Origin: Acidobacteriota bacterium
GTDB taxonomy: Bacteria; Acidobacteriota; UBA6911
NCBI GenBank assembly: GCA_963664705.1
Contig: OY761556.1
Span: 480,001-544,000, forward strand
DNA: 64,000 nucleotides
Direction of reading: 5' to 3'
In this document: one piece after another, positions 29,425 through 41,963 of the stretch
Layout: each line of letters opens with the position of its first letter
Numbering within the stretch: the stretch's first letter is position 1
Program-made: the position numbers and the translations under genes
Notes under the pieces: model-generated
What the model was told of the DNA's origin: nothing
Databases searched by the model: none
Seen by the model: only the letters and a program-made list of their open reading frames with translations

Positions 29425-30351
29425 GTGGAAAAGCTATTCGCGTTTAACCAGGTCAAAAATGATCCTTTAAGCGGCTATCTGGAAACTATTCGTGTTGCGG
29501 ATGCCGTGGTGCGGAAATTGGAGTTTGTGTCTCCGTGGGAGATAAGAGTCGCCCCGGGAACGCCTGCCATCTATATGATTGTGAATGGAAGTTGTGCGCT
29601 TCGCATGGAGCAAGGCCGCCCAATCCTCCTGAGTGGCGGAGATCTTGCCATTCTGATTCATGGAACGACACACGCTCTGGAAAATCAATCGCAGGACAAT
29701 TCGGTAGCAGGTAGTGATCACTCCGATACCTCTACTTTGATTTCCATTCACTTTAGCTGGCATGGAGGACAAATCGAGCCGCTTCTTTCAGAATTGCCGC
29801 AGGCAATACGCATTCAAAGTCAGGGCGGACCTCTTGTGTCGTGGATTATGAACACGCTTCAATTAGTCAACCAGACGGATTTGCCGCAGAATGCGCCTAT
29901 CGGTGACATCCTTAATCGCGTGGCTCATTTTTTTCTTGTCCAGGGTATTCGATCGCATATTGCCGCCGGGGAACCGGGTGGCTGCCAGGCGCTTCGGACC
30001 ATTGTGCAAGGACGGATCGGTCCCGCCCTGTTTCTTATCCATACGCAACCCGAAGCGGCATGGTCCCTGCAATCCCTTGCCAGGAGGTGCGGGATGTGCC
30101 GTTCGGCATTTGCCAGGGAGTTTAAGTGCGCCGTCGGCCAACCTCCCATGGCGTATCTGTCCGAGCGGCGCATGCATAGGGCCTGCGAATTATTGATACA
30201 GGGAATCTATCGAATAAAGGAAATAGCATTGCGGTCGGGATATCAGTCATTGCCGGCTTTCAGCAGTGCATTTGGGAAGTGGGCCGGCGCAACGCCTGTA
30301 AACTACCGCAGGAGGCAAACGCTGCTCAAAGAAAGGGAGCCGATGCGTTAA
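29425..30351 (+). CDS. AraC-family regulator with Cupin_6-type sensor domain
   Basis: GDLAIL.HG..H.L cupin; W....LA..CGM.RSAF...F...VG..PM.YL...RM; GY.S..AFS.AF. Confidence 0.88.
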   Translation: MEKLFAFNQVKNDPLSGYLETIRVADAVVRKLEFVSPWEIRVAPGTPAIYMIVNGSCALRMEQGRPILLSGGDLAILIHGTTHALENQSQDNSVAGSDHSDTSTLISIHFSWHGGQIEPLLSELPQAIRIQSQGGPLVSWIMNTLQLVNQTDLPQNAPIGDILNRVAHFFLVQGIRSHIAAGEPGGCQALRTIVQGRIGPALFLIHTQPEAAWSLQSLARRCGMCRSAFAREFKCAVGQPPMAYLSERRMHRACELLIQGIYRIKEIALRSGYQSLPAFSSAFGKWAGATPVNYRRRQTLLKEREPMR

Positions 30352-30467
30352 TGATTTGTAAAAAGCGGCGAGACCCCGTCCCGAGCCTGAGCATTTTCAG
30401 TCAGCGTTTCATCTGGTAAATCGTGGCAGGCGATTTGATGCACACCAGGCTTATGGAGGGAGTGGAA

Positions 30468-31424
30468 ATGCGAGCGATGTTTTGTGCCGAAATGGATCCG
30501 CGGGGTCTGCTGAATTGTTTACTTCAGTCAATCGATTTGAAAATCCACACAGTCCAGGCAACCAGTTTTCCAGACCCTTGGGATGCCCATATTTCAGACC
30601 AACAAGCCTGTTTTTATGTCGTGGTCAATGGCTGCTGCAGCCTCCAACTTGAGGGCATAGAGAACCCATTTGTGCTGAATCGAGGAGACATGGCTGTGCT
30701 GCTGCATCACCGGGCTCATTCTTTGGCGAGCGTGGGCAGCGGCAATAGCGGGATTTCGTTTGTGACAACCAGACCAGGCTCGAGCCCTCGGACGAATCCT
30801 TCCAAAGATACCTTGATTCGCGGTGTGTTCCATTGTGGTGATAATGACGTCGTTGCGCTGCTGCAGGATATGCCTCCCGTCATACTTGCAAATAGCGGGA
30901 ATGAGGATCTGATCCCCTGGATTCTCGGCACTGCAAGGATGATTGTTCACGAATCTTGCTCCGGGCGTCCCGGTGCCCAGGCTGTTGTCAATGATCTGGT
31001 TCATCTCATGTTTGCCCAACGGATTCGTACCCCTGCAGACCTGGAATCGTCGGACCAGCCCGGGATGCAGGAGTTCTTTCGTCATCCGCAGATCGGATTA
31101 GCCTTGTACCAGATGCAAATGCGACTCCAGGAGCATTGGTCTGTAACCAAGCTCGCCCGCGCATGTGGAATGTCCAGATCTGCCTTTGCCTACGAATTCA
31201 AGAACGTGGTGGACATATCCCCCATGGCATATCTCTTTGAACTCCGGATGCGCATGGCCTGCAGACTGCTTCAGGATCCCGATATCAAAATCAGAGAGGT
31301 CTGCGAGAAAGTCGGATACAAATCGCAGCCATCCTTTGCTCAGGCATTTATTGGTCGAACTGGAATCCCCCCGGGTGCCTATCGAAAAGCTCATGCCCGG
31401 CACCTGAGCGAACATGCTGCCTGA
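30468..31424 (+). CDS. Second AraC-family regulator with Cupin_6-type sensor domain
   Basis: Same architecture (GDMAVL.H...H.L; WSV..LA..CGMSRSAF; VGY.SQPSF..AF). Start chosen at ATG 30468 after GGAGGG. Confidence 0.88.
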   Translation: MRAMFCAEMDPRGLLNCLLQSIDLKIHTVQATSFPDPWDAHISDQQACFYVVVNGCCSLQLEGIENPFVLNRGDMAVLLHHRAHSLASVGSGNSGISFVTTRPGSSPRTNPSKDTLIRGVFHCGDNDVVALLQDMPPVILANSGNEDLIPWILGTARMIVHESCSGRPGAQAVVNDLVHLMFAQRIRTPADLESSDQPGMQEFFRHPQIGLALYQMQMRLQEHWSVTKLARACGMSRSAFAYEFKNVVDISPMAYLFELRMRMACRLLQDPDIKIREVCEKVGYKSQPSFAQAFIGRTGIPPGAYRKAHARHLSEHAA

Positions 31425-31475
31425 TCATTGATTTGTGCTGCAATCCTGTCCACTTATGGCTAAGATTATTCGCCT

Positions 31476-32243
31476 ATGAATGAGCGCGTGGATCTGAAGC
31501 CGCTGGTCATCATCCCGACATACAACGAACGGGAAAATGTCGAGAGTCTGATTCCGACAATTCTGAGCTTGGATGAACGACTTTCTATCCTCATTGTGGA
31601 TGACGCGAGTCCCGATAATACGGCCGGAGCAGTTCTTGCTATTCGGTCCGGTGCGGAAAGCCGGGTCTTCCTGAGTTCACGATCCGGAAAGATGGGGTTA
31701 GGCAGTGCCTATGTCCATGGATTTGACTGGGGCATTTCGCGCGGCCATAATTTTCTGATTCAGATGGATGCCGACTGGAGTCATCCGCCGAAGTATCTTC
31801 CTTCAATGCTTCAATTAGCCGGCGAAAACGATTTCGTGGTCGGATCGCGCTATATTGCAGGCGGTGGAACGCTCAATTGGGGATTAGGCCGGCAACTCCT
31901 TTCCAGGTTCGGCAGTTTTTATTCGCGTCTCATTCTTGGGACCTATTTCAGCGATTTCACCGGCGGATATAATGGCTGGTCTGCCGACGTGCTGCGGCGG
32001 ATAGGGTTGGGTACGTTACGGAGCAACGGGTATAGTTTTCAAATCGAGTTGAAGTATAGGGCAGACAAACTCGGTTTTAAGCATGCCGAATTCCCGATCG
32101 TCTTTGACGAACGGCGCGGCGGCAAAAGCAAAATGTCCTCAGCGATTGCCCTGGAGGCTTTCTGGCGAGTGTGGCAGTTGCGGTTTGATTCAAGATTTCG
32201 GATTTCGGATCCCGGATTTGGGAACTCCAAATCCGGGATCTGA
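31476..32243 (+). CDS. Polyprenol-phosphate glycosyltransferase (GT2, DPM1/Ppm1-like)
   Basis: IIPTYNERENV, VDDASPD.T, GLGSAY..GF, QMDAD.SH.P, GSRY, GYSFQIE, R..GKSKMS. Confidence 0.9.
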   Translation: MNERVDLKPLVIIPTYNERENVESLIPTILSLDERLSILIVDDASPDNTAGAVLAIRSGAESRVFLSSRSGKMGLGSAYVHGFDWGISRGHNFLIQMDADWSHPPKYLPSMLQLAGENDFVVGSRYIAGGGTLNWGLGRQLLSRFGSFYSRLILGTYFSDFTGGYNGWSADVLRRIGLGTLRSNGYSFQIELKYRADKLGFKHAEFPIVFDERRGGKSKMSSAIALEAFWRVWQLRFDSRFRISDPGFGNSKSGI

Positions 32244-32254
32244 AATCCGAAATC
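32194..32254. repeat. 28-bp-stem hairpin made of heptamer units, overlapping the GT2 stop; probable bidirectional terminator
   Basis: GATTTCG-GATTTCG-GATCCCG-GATTTGG, loop GAACT, CCAAATC-CGGGATC-TGAAATC-CGAAATC (one G-U pair). Confidence 0.85.
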
Positions 32255-32259
32255 CTCTC

Positions 32260-33375
32260 TTATCCAATTACTTCCTTTAACGCATGGAGTACTTGCTGCG
32301 CTTCTGATTCCTGCATTCCGGAAAAGACCGGGAGACAGATATGGCGTGCGCACAGGTCCTCTGCTACGGGCAGAGCTCCAGTCGCGTATTTCTCAAAAAC
32401 CGGCTGTTTATGCAGGGGTTCCTCATAAACCTCTCCTGCCAGGGCAACTCCGTATCGTTCCCGAAGAATGGATTTCAATTCCTTGCGATCGCGCTTTTCC
32501 TTCAGCACGGCTATGTATTTATAGTAGTTGCAGAAACCTTCCGGAGGGACGGATAGTGCGGACAGGTTTCTAAATTCTCTCAGCCCCGCATCATAGATTT
32601 CGGCGATGGCTCTTCTCTCGGCAATCATCGTGGGAAGCCGGTTTAGATGACGCAATCCGATGATCGCATGAGGTTCGGACATGCGCCAGTTGTATCCCAT
32701 GCGGACGTGAGCATTGACGGTAAAGCTTGCTTTGCCCTGATCTCTATAGATTTTGGCTTCTTCGGCTAGATGATCATCATTGGTGACAATCATCCCTCCT
32801 TCTCCGGAAGTCATGACCTTTGTGGGGTAGAAGCTGAATGAGCTTCCAATTCCAAAAGCCCCTGCGCTAACCGACTTATACGAAGAGCCATGGGCGTGCG
32901 CCGCATCTTCAAGCAGCCAGATCCCATGTTGCTTTGCCAATTCCACCAGAGCGGGCATCTGAGCTGAAACGATTCCCCCGATATGCACAACCACCAGGCC
33001 TGCAGTGTTGGAATTGATGCTTTTGGCCACAGCCTCCGGATGGACTCCGAAGGTCTGCGGATCCATATCGATCAGAACCGGGATTCCGCCTGCATGGACG
33101 ACAGCTGCCGCAGTTGCAAAAAATGTGTTTGTCGGTACGAGAACCTCCTTGCCCTCAACCCCAAGCGAACGCAGCAATATTTCGAGGGAGCTCGTGCCGC
33201 TGTTGACGGCGATGGCATGGCGTGCCCCGCAAAGTCGGGCAAACCTTTTCTCAAATTCCTCTCCATACTTTCCGAGTGTCAGTTGTCCCGATTCCAGGAC
33301 CTCCTGAATCCGTTCGGCTATCCATACTCTGTCTTCGGGCAAAAACTGAATCTTTGCGGCAGGAACCTTCAACAT
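32260..33375 (-). CDS. DegT/DnrJ/EryC1/StrS PLP-dependent sugar aminotransferase
   Basis: AVNSGTS.L, VP.NTF.ATA, EDAAHAHG, FSFYPTK (PLP Lys), GEGGMI, GYNWRM, CLP. Confidence 0.93.
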   Translation of the reverse strand: MLKVPAAKIQFLPEDRVWIAERIQEVLESGQLTLGKYGEEFEKRFARLCGARHAIAVNSGTSSLEILLRSLGVEGKEVLVPTNTFFATAAAVVHAGGIPVLIDMDPQTFGVHPEAVAKSINSNTAGLVVVHIGGIVSAQMPALVELAKQHGIWLLEDAAHAHGSSYKSVSAGAFGIGSSFSFYPTKVMTSGEGGMIVTNDDHLAEEAKIYRDQGKASFTVNAHVRMGYNWRMSEPHAIIGLRHLNRLPTMIAERRAIAEIYDAGLREFRNLSALSVPPEGFCNYYKYIAVLKEKRDRKELKSILRERYGVALAGEVYEEPLHKQPVFEKYATGALPVAEDLCARHICLPVFSGMQESEAQQVLHALKEVIG

Positions 33376-33521
33376 TGCTATCCTCTCTTGTGTATTCGGA
33401 GTCTCAGATTCGGGATTGAGAATCCCGGGCCGAAACAGAAAATACGTGACGCAAGAATGTAAAACGCTTCCAATCTTACTGCAATCGCGAATTGCAGATT
33501 TTTGAATTCTGGACTACTGCG

Positions 33522-33902
33522 CTAGTCGCCCCCACCCCGGGCGATCAGTGCAACTCCGACTATTACCATTACAATTCCAGCCCAGCGCATGGGGGGGACA
33601 CTTTCCTTCAGAATGGAAACGGCCAGTATGGCTGCAAATCCATATTCGATTGCGGTCATGGGCAAAACAACCGTCACCCCGGTCCATGACAGGGCCGCGA
33701 TGAACAGGAAATAGAACAGAGCGTTTAGAGCCGTACCGCCAATGACATAAGGATTGCAGAGTGCATGCCAGAAATAGGTGATCAACGGCCATGGTGCATA
33801 ATTTTCCAGACTGCCGACTTGCAGCATTCCGCGCCGGACAAGAATTTGGCCATACGCCGCGGAAGCGGTCGCAATCGTCATGGCTACCAAGACTCGTAAC
33901 AT
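33522..33902 (-). CDS. Small EamA/ArnE-F-like membrane protein (putative lipid-linked sugar flippase subunit)
   Basis: 126 aa, four TM helices, GQ..V..GM, V.LP..A..Y, LKE.V...RW.GI..V..GV.LI. Confidence 0.75.
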   Translation of the reverse strand: MLRVLVAMTIATASAAYGQILVRRGMLQVGSLENYAPWPLITYFWHALCNPYVIGGTALNALFYFLFIAALSWTGVTVVLPMTAIEYGFAAILAVSILKESVPPMRWAGIVMVIVGVALIARGGGD

Positions 33903-34014
33903 AGGAGTCCCTCCCTAATAGTTGGTGGACCGTAACAATAGCATTGTTGCCTGGCGTCTTGTAGTCTTCGAGGCCTGCAATGCTGCTATAAATCCCCGAT
34001 TTCCGGATATGCTT

Positions 34015-34866
34015 CTAAAGGTCGCTAAACGCGATTCTCTGTGCCCCGGCTGCTTCAAAAGCCTTGCGCAACAATGGATCGGTCAAGGCCAGGAATTCAT
34101 CTTCATGTCTATACCGGGGCATCGTTGCGTCGATTTCAGAGCATCGACGTACTGCCGGATGAAAGCACAATTCCGTAACGCCATTCGGAAGGTTCCTGGC
34201 AAATCGTGCGAGCAGGTCTGCGGTCATCGCTCCGCCATCGGTCATTCCAAAGAGATAGTCGTTGTACCGAATGCCGGCCCGGCGGAGCATCTGTTTCATG
34301 AGTGACATCCAGGGAAAAAGAAAGGCGCTGAACATCAGCCTTGTCCCAAGCGAATGCCCCGATGCTCTCCAGGACAATATCGGAGGTTCCTTTGGAATTC
34401 GTACCGCCCTTAATCCATAGTCCCGTCCCACCGCTATTATCAGCCCCAGGATTGTCGGATGCAGGTGCATGTGATTATGGGCATTGACGTGGTCCAGAGC
34501 GAGTCCCGTTTTGTGGAAGGCCTCGTATTGAGCGCGAATTTCTGCTTCGAGCTGCTTCCGGATTCCTGGCAGAAAAAAGAACTTGAATCCCGATCTCGCC
34601 AGCTGGGTTGAAAAGGCTCCGTTGTTGTCCACAAGATCGGGTACCTGGCGCGACGGCAGTACGGGACGGCCCTCCACCAGAGTCAGATGAAGACCAACTT
34701 TTAGCGAAGGTACCTGAAGGGCGCGCTGAACGGCATCTGCACAGTGGTTCGCCCCGACCATAAGGCTTGCCGTCGTCAGGATGCCTGTCCGGTGCGCTTC
34801 GACAATGGCTTCATTGACCGGCAGTGCCAGACCGAAGTCATCGCCGGTAACTATGATTTTTTTCAA
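34015..34866 (-). CDS. hpnK: Hopanoid biosynthesis-associated deacetylase HpnK (YdjC family)
   Basis: IVTGDDFG, G.LTTASLMV, VGLHLTLVEG, LDHVNAHNHMHLHP, EL.FHP; adjacent to hpnI. Confidence 0.85.
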   Translation of the reverse strand: MKKIIVTGDDFGLALPVNEAIVEAHRTGILTTASLMVGANHCADAVQRALQVPSLKVGLHLTLVEGRPVLPSRQVPDLVDNNGAFSTQLARSGFKFFFLPGIRKQLEAEIRAQYEAFHKTGLALDHVNAHNHMHLHPTILGLIIAVGRDYGLRAVRIPKEPPILSWRASGHSLGTRLMFSAFLFPWMSLMKQMLRRAGIRYNDYLFGMTDGGAMTADLLARFARNLPNGVTELCFHPAVRRCSEIDATMPRYRHEDEFLALTDPLLRKAFEAAGAQRIAFSDL

Positions 34867-34905
34867 TCCGGCCTTCCGTGGATGCAGTCTGAATGCTGTG
34901 GGCTC

Positions 34906-36084
34906 TTAATCGCAATGAGGCGCCTGGGCGACAAGGCGCCCATCCCTTGTCAGGACAAAGCTGGTGCCGCGCCAGATGGTCGTTCGTTTTGTGAATGCAA
35001 GCAGCCATGTCACCAGTGAAGTGAGGTCTCTAAAAAGCAGAAGCCCAAGACTACGCAAACCCTCACGGTCCCGAAGTCCCCAACCCAGGACGACAGCCGA
35101 TGTCGCAGTCCTCAGGACGCATGCGCCACACAGGACAGACAGGCCGATGGCGTCACCCAGCCGGGCTATTGCATATAGAAGGGCAAACGGAACCGATCGG
35201 ATGAGGGCTGTCGCGAAAAATGCGAACGGTCTTGCGGCGCGCGTGTTCTGATCCCAATAAACCTGGTGGTTCCACCATTGTCCGGGGCTCTTCAGATCCA
35301 CAATCGTATCGACAAAGTAGGGAATAATGGCCACCTCTTTGCCCAGCAGGCCGATACGTCTTCCCATTTCGTAGTCTTCGACAAGGTAGTCGGATAGGCC
35401 CTCGAGTCCACCGATTTGCTCCAGCGTCGATCGATGCAGGGCAGCCGATGCGCCGAGGCAGAATTTCGATGCGCCGCTGACGTGGGCGAAAAGAACGTTG
35501 GCCATAAAGTCGGCGTTCAACGTCAGGAGTTCCATCTTTTCGTACCACCGACGGGCATCGGCAGCCTTATATAGCGTACAGGCACAGCCTACCTTGGGAT
35601 CGTTCAGAGGGGCTACAATTGTCTTCAAATAGTCCGGCTTCAGCAGGACATCGCTGTCGCTGATAACGAGTACATCATGCCGGGCATGGCGCAAACCGCC
35701 GATCATGTTGTTGATCTTGCCGTTTGTCCCTGTGCGGCAATTCTCGATCGCCACCGTTACTCGCTTGTCACCGAATTCCTGCTGTATCTCCTTTAGGGTC
35801 GGGATTGCGGCATCATCGGGGTCCTGAACCGAAAAAACCACCTGGAACTCAGGGTAATCCTGGATGCAGGTGCTGCGCAGATTCTCGCGCTGATTTTTTT
35901 CCAATCCATGAACCGGCTTGAGGACTGTAACCGGTGGCCAGTTTTCCAGACGGGGCTTCCGCCAGTTATGCAAGCTCAGATGAAAACGGGATACGGCGAG
36001 GACGCAAAGAATCGCATAGACAGAACCGCCGATGGCCGGAATGAGAAAAATCCACTCTAGTGTGTGACGCATCAGCGACGCCAT
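34906..36084 (-). CDS. hpnI: HpnI-like GT2 (bacteriohopanetetrol glucosaminyl / ceramide glucosyltransferase family)
   Basis: PPVTVLKPVHG, QDYP, NGKINN, VISDSDV, L.EDY.MG, HQVYW, WRG..F; adjacent to hpnK. Confidence 0.8.
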   Translation of the reverse strand: MASLMRHTLEWIFLIPAIGGSVYAILCVLAVSRFHLSLHNWRKPRLENWPPVTVLKPVHGLEKNQRENLRSTCIQDYPEFQVVFSVQDPDDAAIPTLKEIQQEFGDKRVTVAIENCRTGTNGKINNMIGGLRHARHDVLVISDSDVLLKPDYLKTIVAPLNDPKVGCACTLYKAADARRWYEKMELLTLNADFMANVLFAHVSGASKFCLGASAALHRSTLEQIGGLEGLSDYLVEDYEMGRRIGLLGKEVAIIPYFVDTIVDLKSPGQWWNHQVYWDQNTRAARPFAFFATALIRSVPFALLYAIARLGDAIGLSVLCGACVLRTATSAVVLGWGLRDREGLRSLGLLLFRDLTSLVTWLLAFTKRTTIWRGTSFVLTRDGRLVAQAPHCD

Positions 36085-36111
36085 CGTGACAACTTACCTC
36101 CTGAGAGATCT

Positions 36112-37254
36112 TCAGGCAACTCTGGTTTGGAAGCCCAGTGCCCGAAAAATATTGGCCAGATCTTTTTGTGCTGCTTCCAACTCAATAACAAAGTGGCGGA
36201 ATTCGAGCCGAAGCGGCTTTTCGGTGCGCAGTCGCTCGAAACCATTTAGGGCCTGTTCCTGCGTACAGGAAGCGAATGCTCTCAACCGCGCATCCACATC
36301 CAATATCTTGTACGCCTGGATCAGTGCCGACCTGACGGCTTCCTGCCCTGTCTTGCCGGTTTCCGGATGAATAGCCGCTCCTTCGGGGTACACATCCTCG
36401 GATAGTCCGGTAGACTGGATGCCTGCAAACTTGCTCAAACCTTCCCGAATCATCTCCGTTGCCCTTATTTTTCCGTCCAGCGCACCGCCGGCAATATGAG
36501 GCGTGCCAATATCCAGCAGTTCGAGAAGCGAATAATCAACGATGGGTTCATCTTCCCAAACATCCAGAGCGGCTCCTGAGATTTTGCCCCGTTGCAGTGC
36601 CGTTTTCAGTTCCTGCCCGTCGAAAACCGCGCCCCGTGAGGAATTGATTACAAACTGTTCCGGGGACAGACGGTTCAGCAGCTCTCTATTGAGCAGGTGT
36701 GTCGTTGGGTAGGGGCCATCCGGATTGAGCGGCACATGAAATGTCAGGATATCTGCGTTGATGACTTCATCCAGGCTTTGGTATCGGGCATCGCCGGTAG
36801 CTTCGCGCAGCGGTGGATCACACAGGAATACCTGCATCCCCAACTCCCGGGCTTTCCTGGCAACGCGGGATCCGACATTGCCGACTCCTATTACGCCAAT
36901 GGATTTTCTCCGAAGATCCCAGCCCTTGCGGGATGCGATGATGTGAAGCAAGGTTGCAATATATTCGGATACGGAATCCGCATTGCAGCCGGCGGCATAG
37001 TGAAAATGAATGCCCTGTGACCTCAAATAATTCTGGTCGACGTGATCAATACCTGCGCTGGCTGCACCCACAAATCGAACGGAAGTGCCGTTCAGCAGCA
37101 AAGCATTTACGGGCGTAACGGTCCGGACAATAAGTACGTCCACATCCTGCAAGTCCTGGTTTTTCAGGTTGCGCCCCGAAAAAAGACGAACTCGGCCCAG
37201 TTGCGAAAAGGCCTCCATTCCGTACGGTATTTCTTTGTCTACAGCAATAATCAT
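36112..37254 (-). CDS. pdxB: 4-phosphoerythronate dehydrogenase
   Basis: D.L.VRTVT.VN..LL, G.DHVD, GCNA.SV.EY, GVGNVGS, CDPP, TFHVPL, LDVWEDEP, TPHIAG, FE.LR...P.R.EF. Start moved to ATG 37254. Confidence 0.9.
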   Translation of the reverse strand: MIIAVDKEIPYGMEAFSQLGRVRLFSGRNLKNQDLQDVDVLIVRTVTPVNALLLNGTSVRFVGAASAGIDHVDQNYLRSQGIHFHYAAGCNADSVSEYIATLLHIIASRKGWDLRRKSIGVIGVGNVGSRVARKARELGMQVFLCDPPLREATGDARYQSLDEVINADILTFHVPLNPDGPYPTTHLLNRELLNRLSPEQFVINSSRGAVFDGQELKTALQRGKISGAALDVWEDEPIVDYSLLELLDIGTPHIAGGALDGKIRATEMIREGLSKFAGIQSTGLSEDVYPEGAAIHPETGKTGQEAVRSALIQAYKILDVDARLRAFASCTQEQALNGFERLRTEKPLRLEFRHFVIELEAAQKDLANIFRALGFQTRVA

Positions 37255-37442
37255 CGAATTCACAGTCCCTGCCCGGGCATGTATCCCGGCCGCCACAGGC
37301 GGAATAGCGTATATTGAGGGCATTTCAGCGCAAATGCAAACTCTTTCAAGCCGCTGCATTTTCGGTTTTTCGACTCCAGAAGGACCGGGAGTATTGCAAA
37401 ACTTCGCATGCAGAGGCGGATAAACTGGTTTATGATAATTCC

Positions 37443-38291
37443 ATGACTTGGTTTAAAAAAGAAAAGACGCCGATCGCCAACACTAAAGAAGAAGAGAAGA
37501 CTGTCCGCACGGAAGGATTGTTTACCAAGTGCAGCGGCTGCAAAGGATTCATCTGGAAAAAGGATCTTGATGCCAATATGAAAATCTGCCCGAAGTGTGG
37601 GCATCACTTCCGGCTGAACTCAACCGAACGGCTCGAGATGCTTTTTGATGACCGCAAGTTTCAGGTCTTCGATAATCAGCTGGTTTCAACCGACCCGCTC
37701 AATTTTGTGGATCGAGAACCATATGCCCAGAAACTCGAGGCAGCCAGGGCGTCCACCGGTATCAACGATGCGGTGGTGAACGCTTTTGGTAAGGTGGGCG
37801 GGCGCGATACGATCATCTCCGCGATGGAGTACAGTTTTATCGGCGGATCCATGGGATCCGTGGTTGGCGAGATGATTACGCGGGCCGTGGAAAGAAGCGT
37901 TGCAGAGAAGGCGCCGCTCATCATCATTTCCGCTTCCGGCGGCGCGCGAATGCACGAAGGGACGCTATCCCTGATGCAGATGAGCAAGATCAGTGCCGCA
38001 CTTGCTTTGTTGGACGATGCGCGCCTTCCTTTTATTTCAATCCTCACGGATCCAACTACCGGCGGTGTGACGGCCAGCTATGCAATGCTGGGAGACTTGA
38101 ACATTGCCGAACCCGGCGCTCTGATTGGGTTTGCGGGTCCCCGAGTGATCGAACAGACGATACGGCAAAAGCTGCCCAAGGGGTTTCAGCGTTCAGAATT
38201 CCTTCTACAGCATGGGATGCTGGATGCCATCGTAAACCGGCGTGATTTGCGGGATTATCTGATCAAATCGTTGAACTTCATGCATTGTTAG
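37443..38291 (+). CDS. accD: Acetyl-CoA carboxylase carboxyltransferase beta subunit
   Basis: EGLF.KC..C...CPKC zinc finger, GGSMG, SGGARMHEG, PTTGGVTAS, GFAGPRVI. Start ATG 37443. Confidence 0.97.
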   Translation: MTWFKKEKTPIANTKEEEKTVRTEGLFTKCSGCKGFIWKKDLDANMKICPKCGHHFRLNSTERLEMLFDDRKFQVFDNQLVSTDPLNFVDREPYAQKLEAARASTGINDAVVNAFGKVGGRDTIISAMEYSFIGGSMGSVVGEMITRAVERSVAEKAPLIIISASGGARMHEGTLSLMQMSKISAALALLDDARLPFISILTDPTTGGVTASYAMLGDLNIAEPGALIGFAGPRVIEQTIRQKLPKGFQRSEFLLQHGMLDAIVNRRDLRDYLIKSLNFMHC

Positions 38292-38327
38292 CTGCAACGG
38301 GTGCCGGCACTCTTTGTCGATACATTC

Positions 38328-41251
<2,924 letters not shown>

Positions 41252-41255
<4 letters not shown>

Positions 41256-41647
41256 CTGCGAGATGCGGGCTCCCGGTTTCCTCGCGGCCCGCTGATCCAG
41301 TTCCATATTATTGCCCCTGCAATGGCGCCCAAAGAGTCAATTCCGACATCCCCCATTGACGGAGAACGTCCGGCCGTAAATCTCTGGTGGAACTCGTCGG
41401 TCATGGCATAAAGCGAGGCAAGTGCGATTGCGGCGAGGATCCGGTTTCTTCCTGTCATCGTCCGGTTGCTCAGGGCATGCAGGAAGGCAGAGGCCAGCAT
41501 GGCGTAGCCGCACATGTGCCCCCCTTTCTTGGTCAGGAGATCCCACGTCCCGAATTTCGGCAGATCAGTGCCCGGCATGGACGATGCAATAAATATCAGT
41601 GCCATAATGATCAGCGCCGGTCCCCAGCGTCGAAGCCAGGATTTCAT
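41252..41647 (-). CDS. VanZ-family membrane protein
   Basis: W.PA...M.LIF..SS, K..H...YA.L, YA.TDEFHQ.F..GR..S..DV..D..G. SD GGAGG before ATG 41647. Confidence 0.85.
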
Positions 41648-41963
41648 CACTCCAACCTCCCTGAATGGTCGCAATCATCGGATTACGTGTGGTACGGCCT
41701 GTTGGTCCCCATCTTGGAAGCCAGTTCAAAACAGGTAATAATCCTTCCAGAGATGAGCTACCAGTATGCCATAGGCCGGTTTGGTTGTGGTGCTTACTAT
41801 TGGTGTGCGCTGGCGGCAGGGGGGAGGGCATGGGGCTGTATCTGTTTTTGTTACTTAAAGATCTTGTGTGTTTGCGCCGGACGCGGTAGTGTCTTTTCTT
41901 AAGAGATGGCTGAAGAGGTGCTGTGGTGGTTCAAACGTATGCGGGCGTCTATCCTGTTGTGGC

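Noticed and set aside
41665-41889. Short ORFs in the vanZ-rsbW spacer
   Set aside because: No motif or SD support; this is a divergent promoter region.
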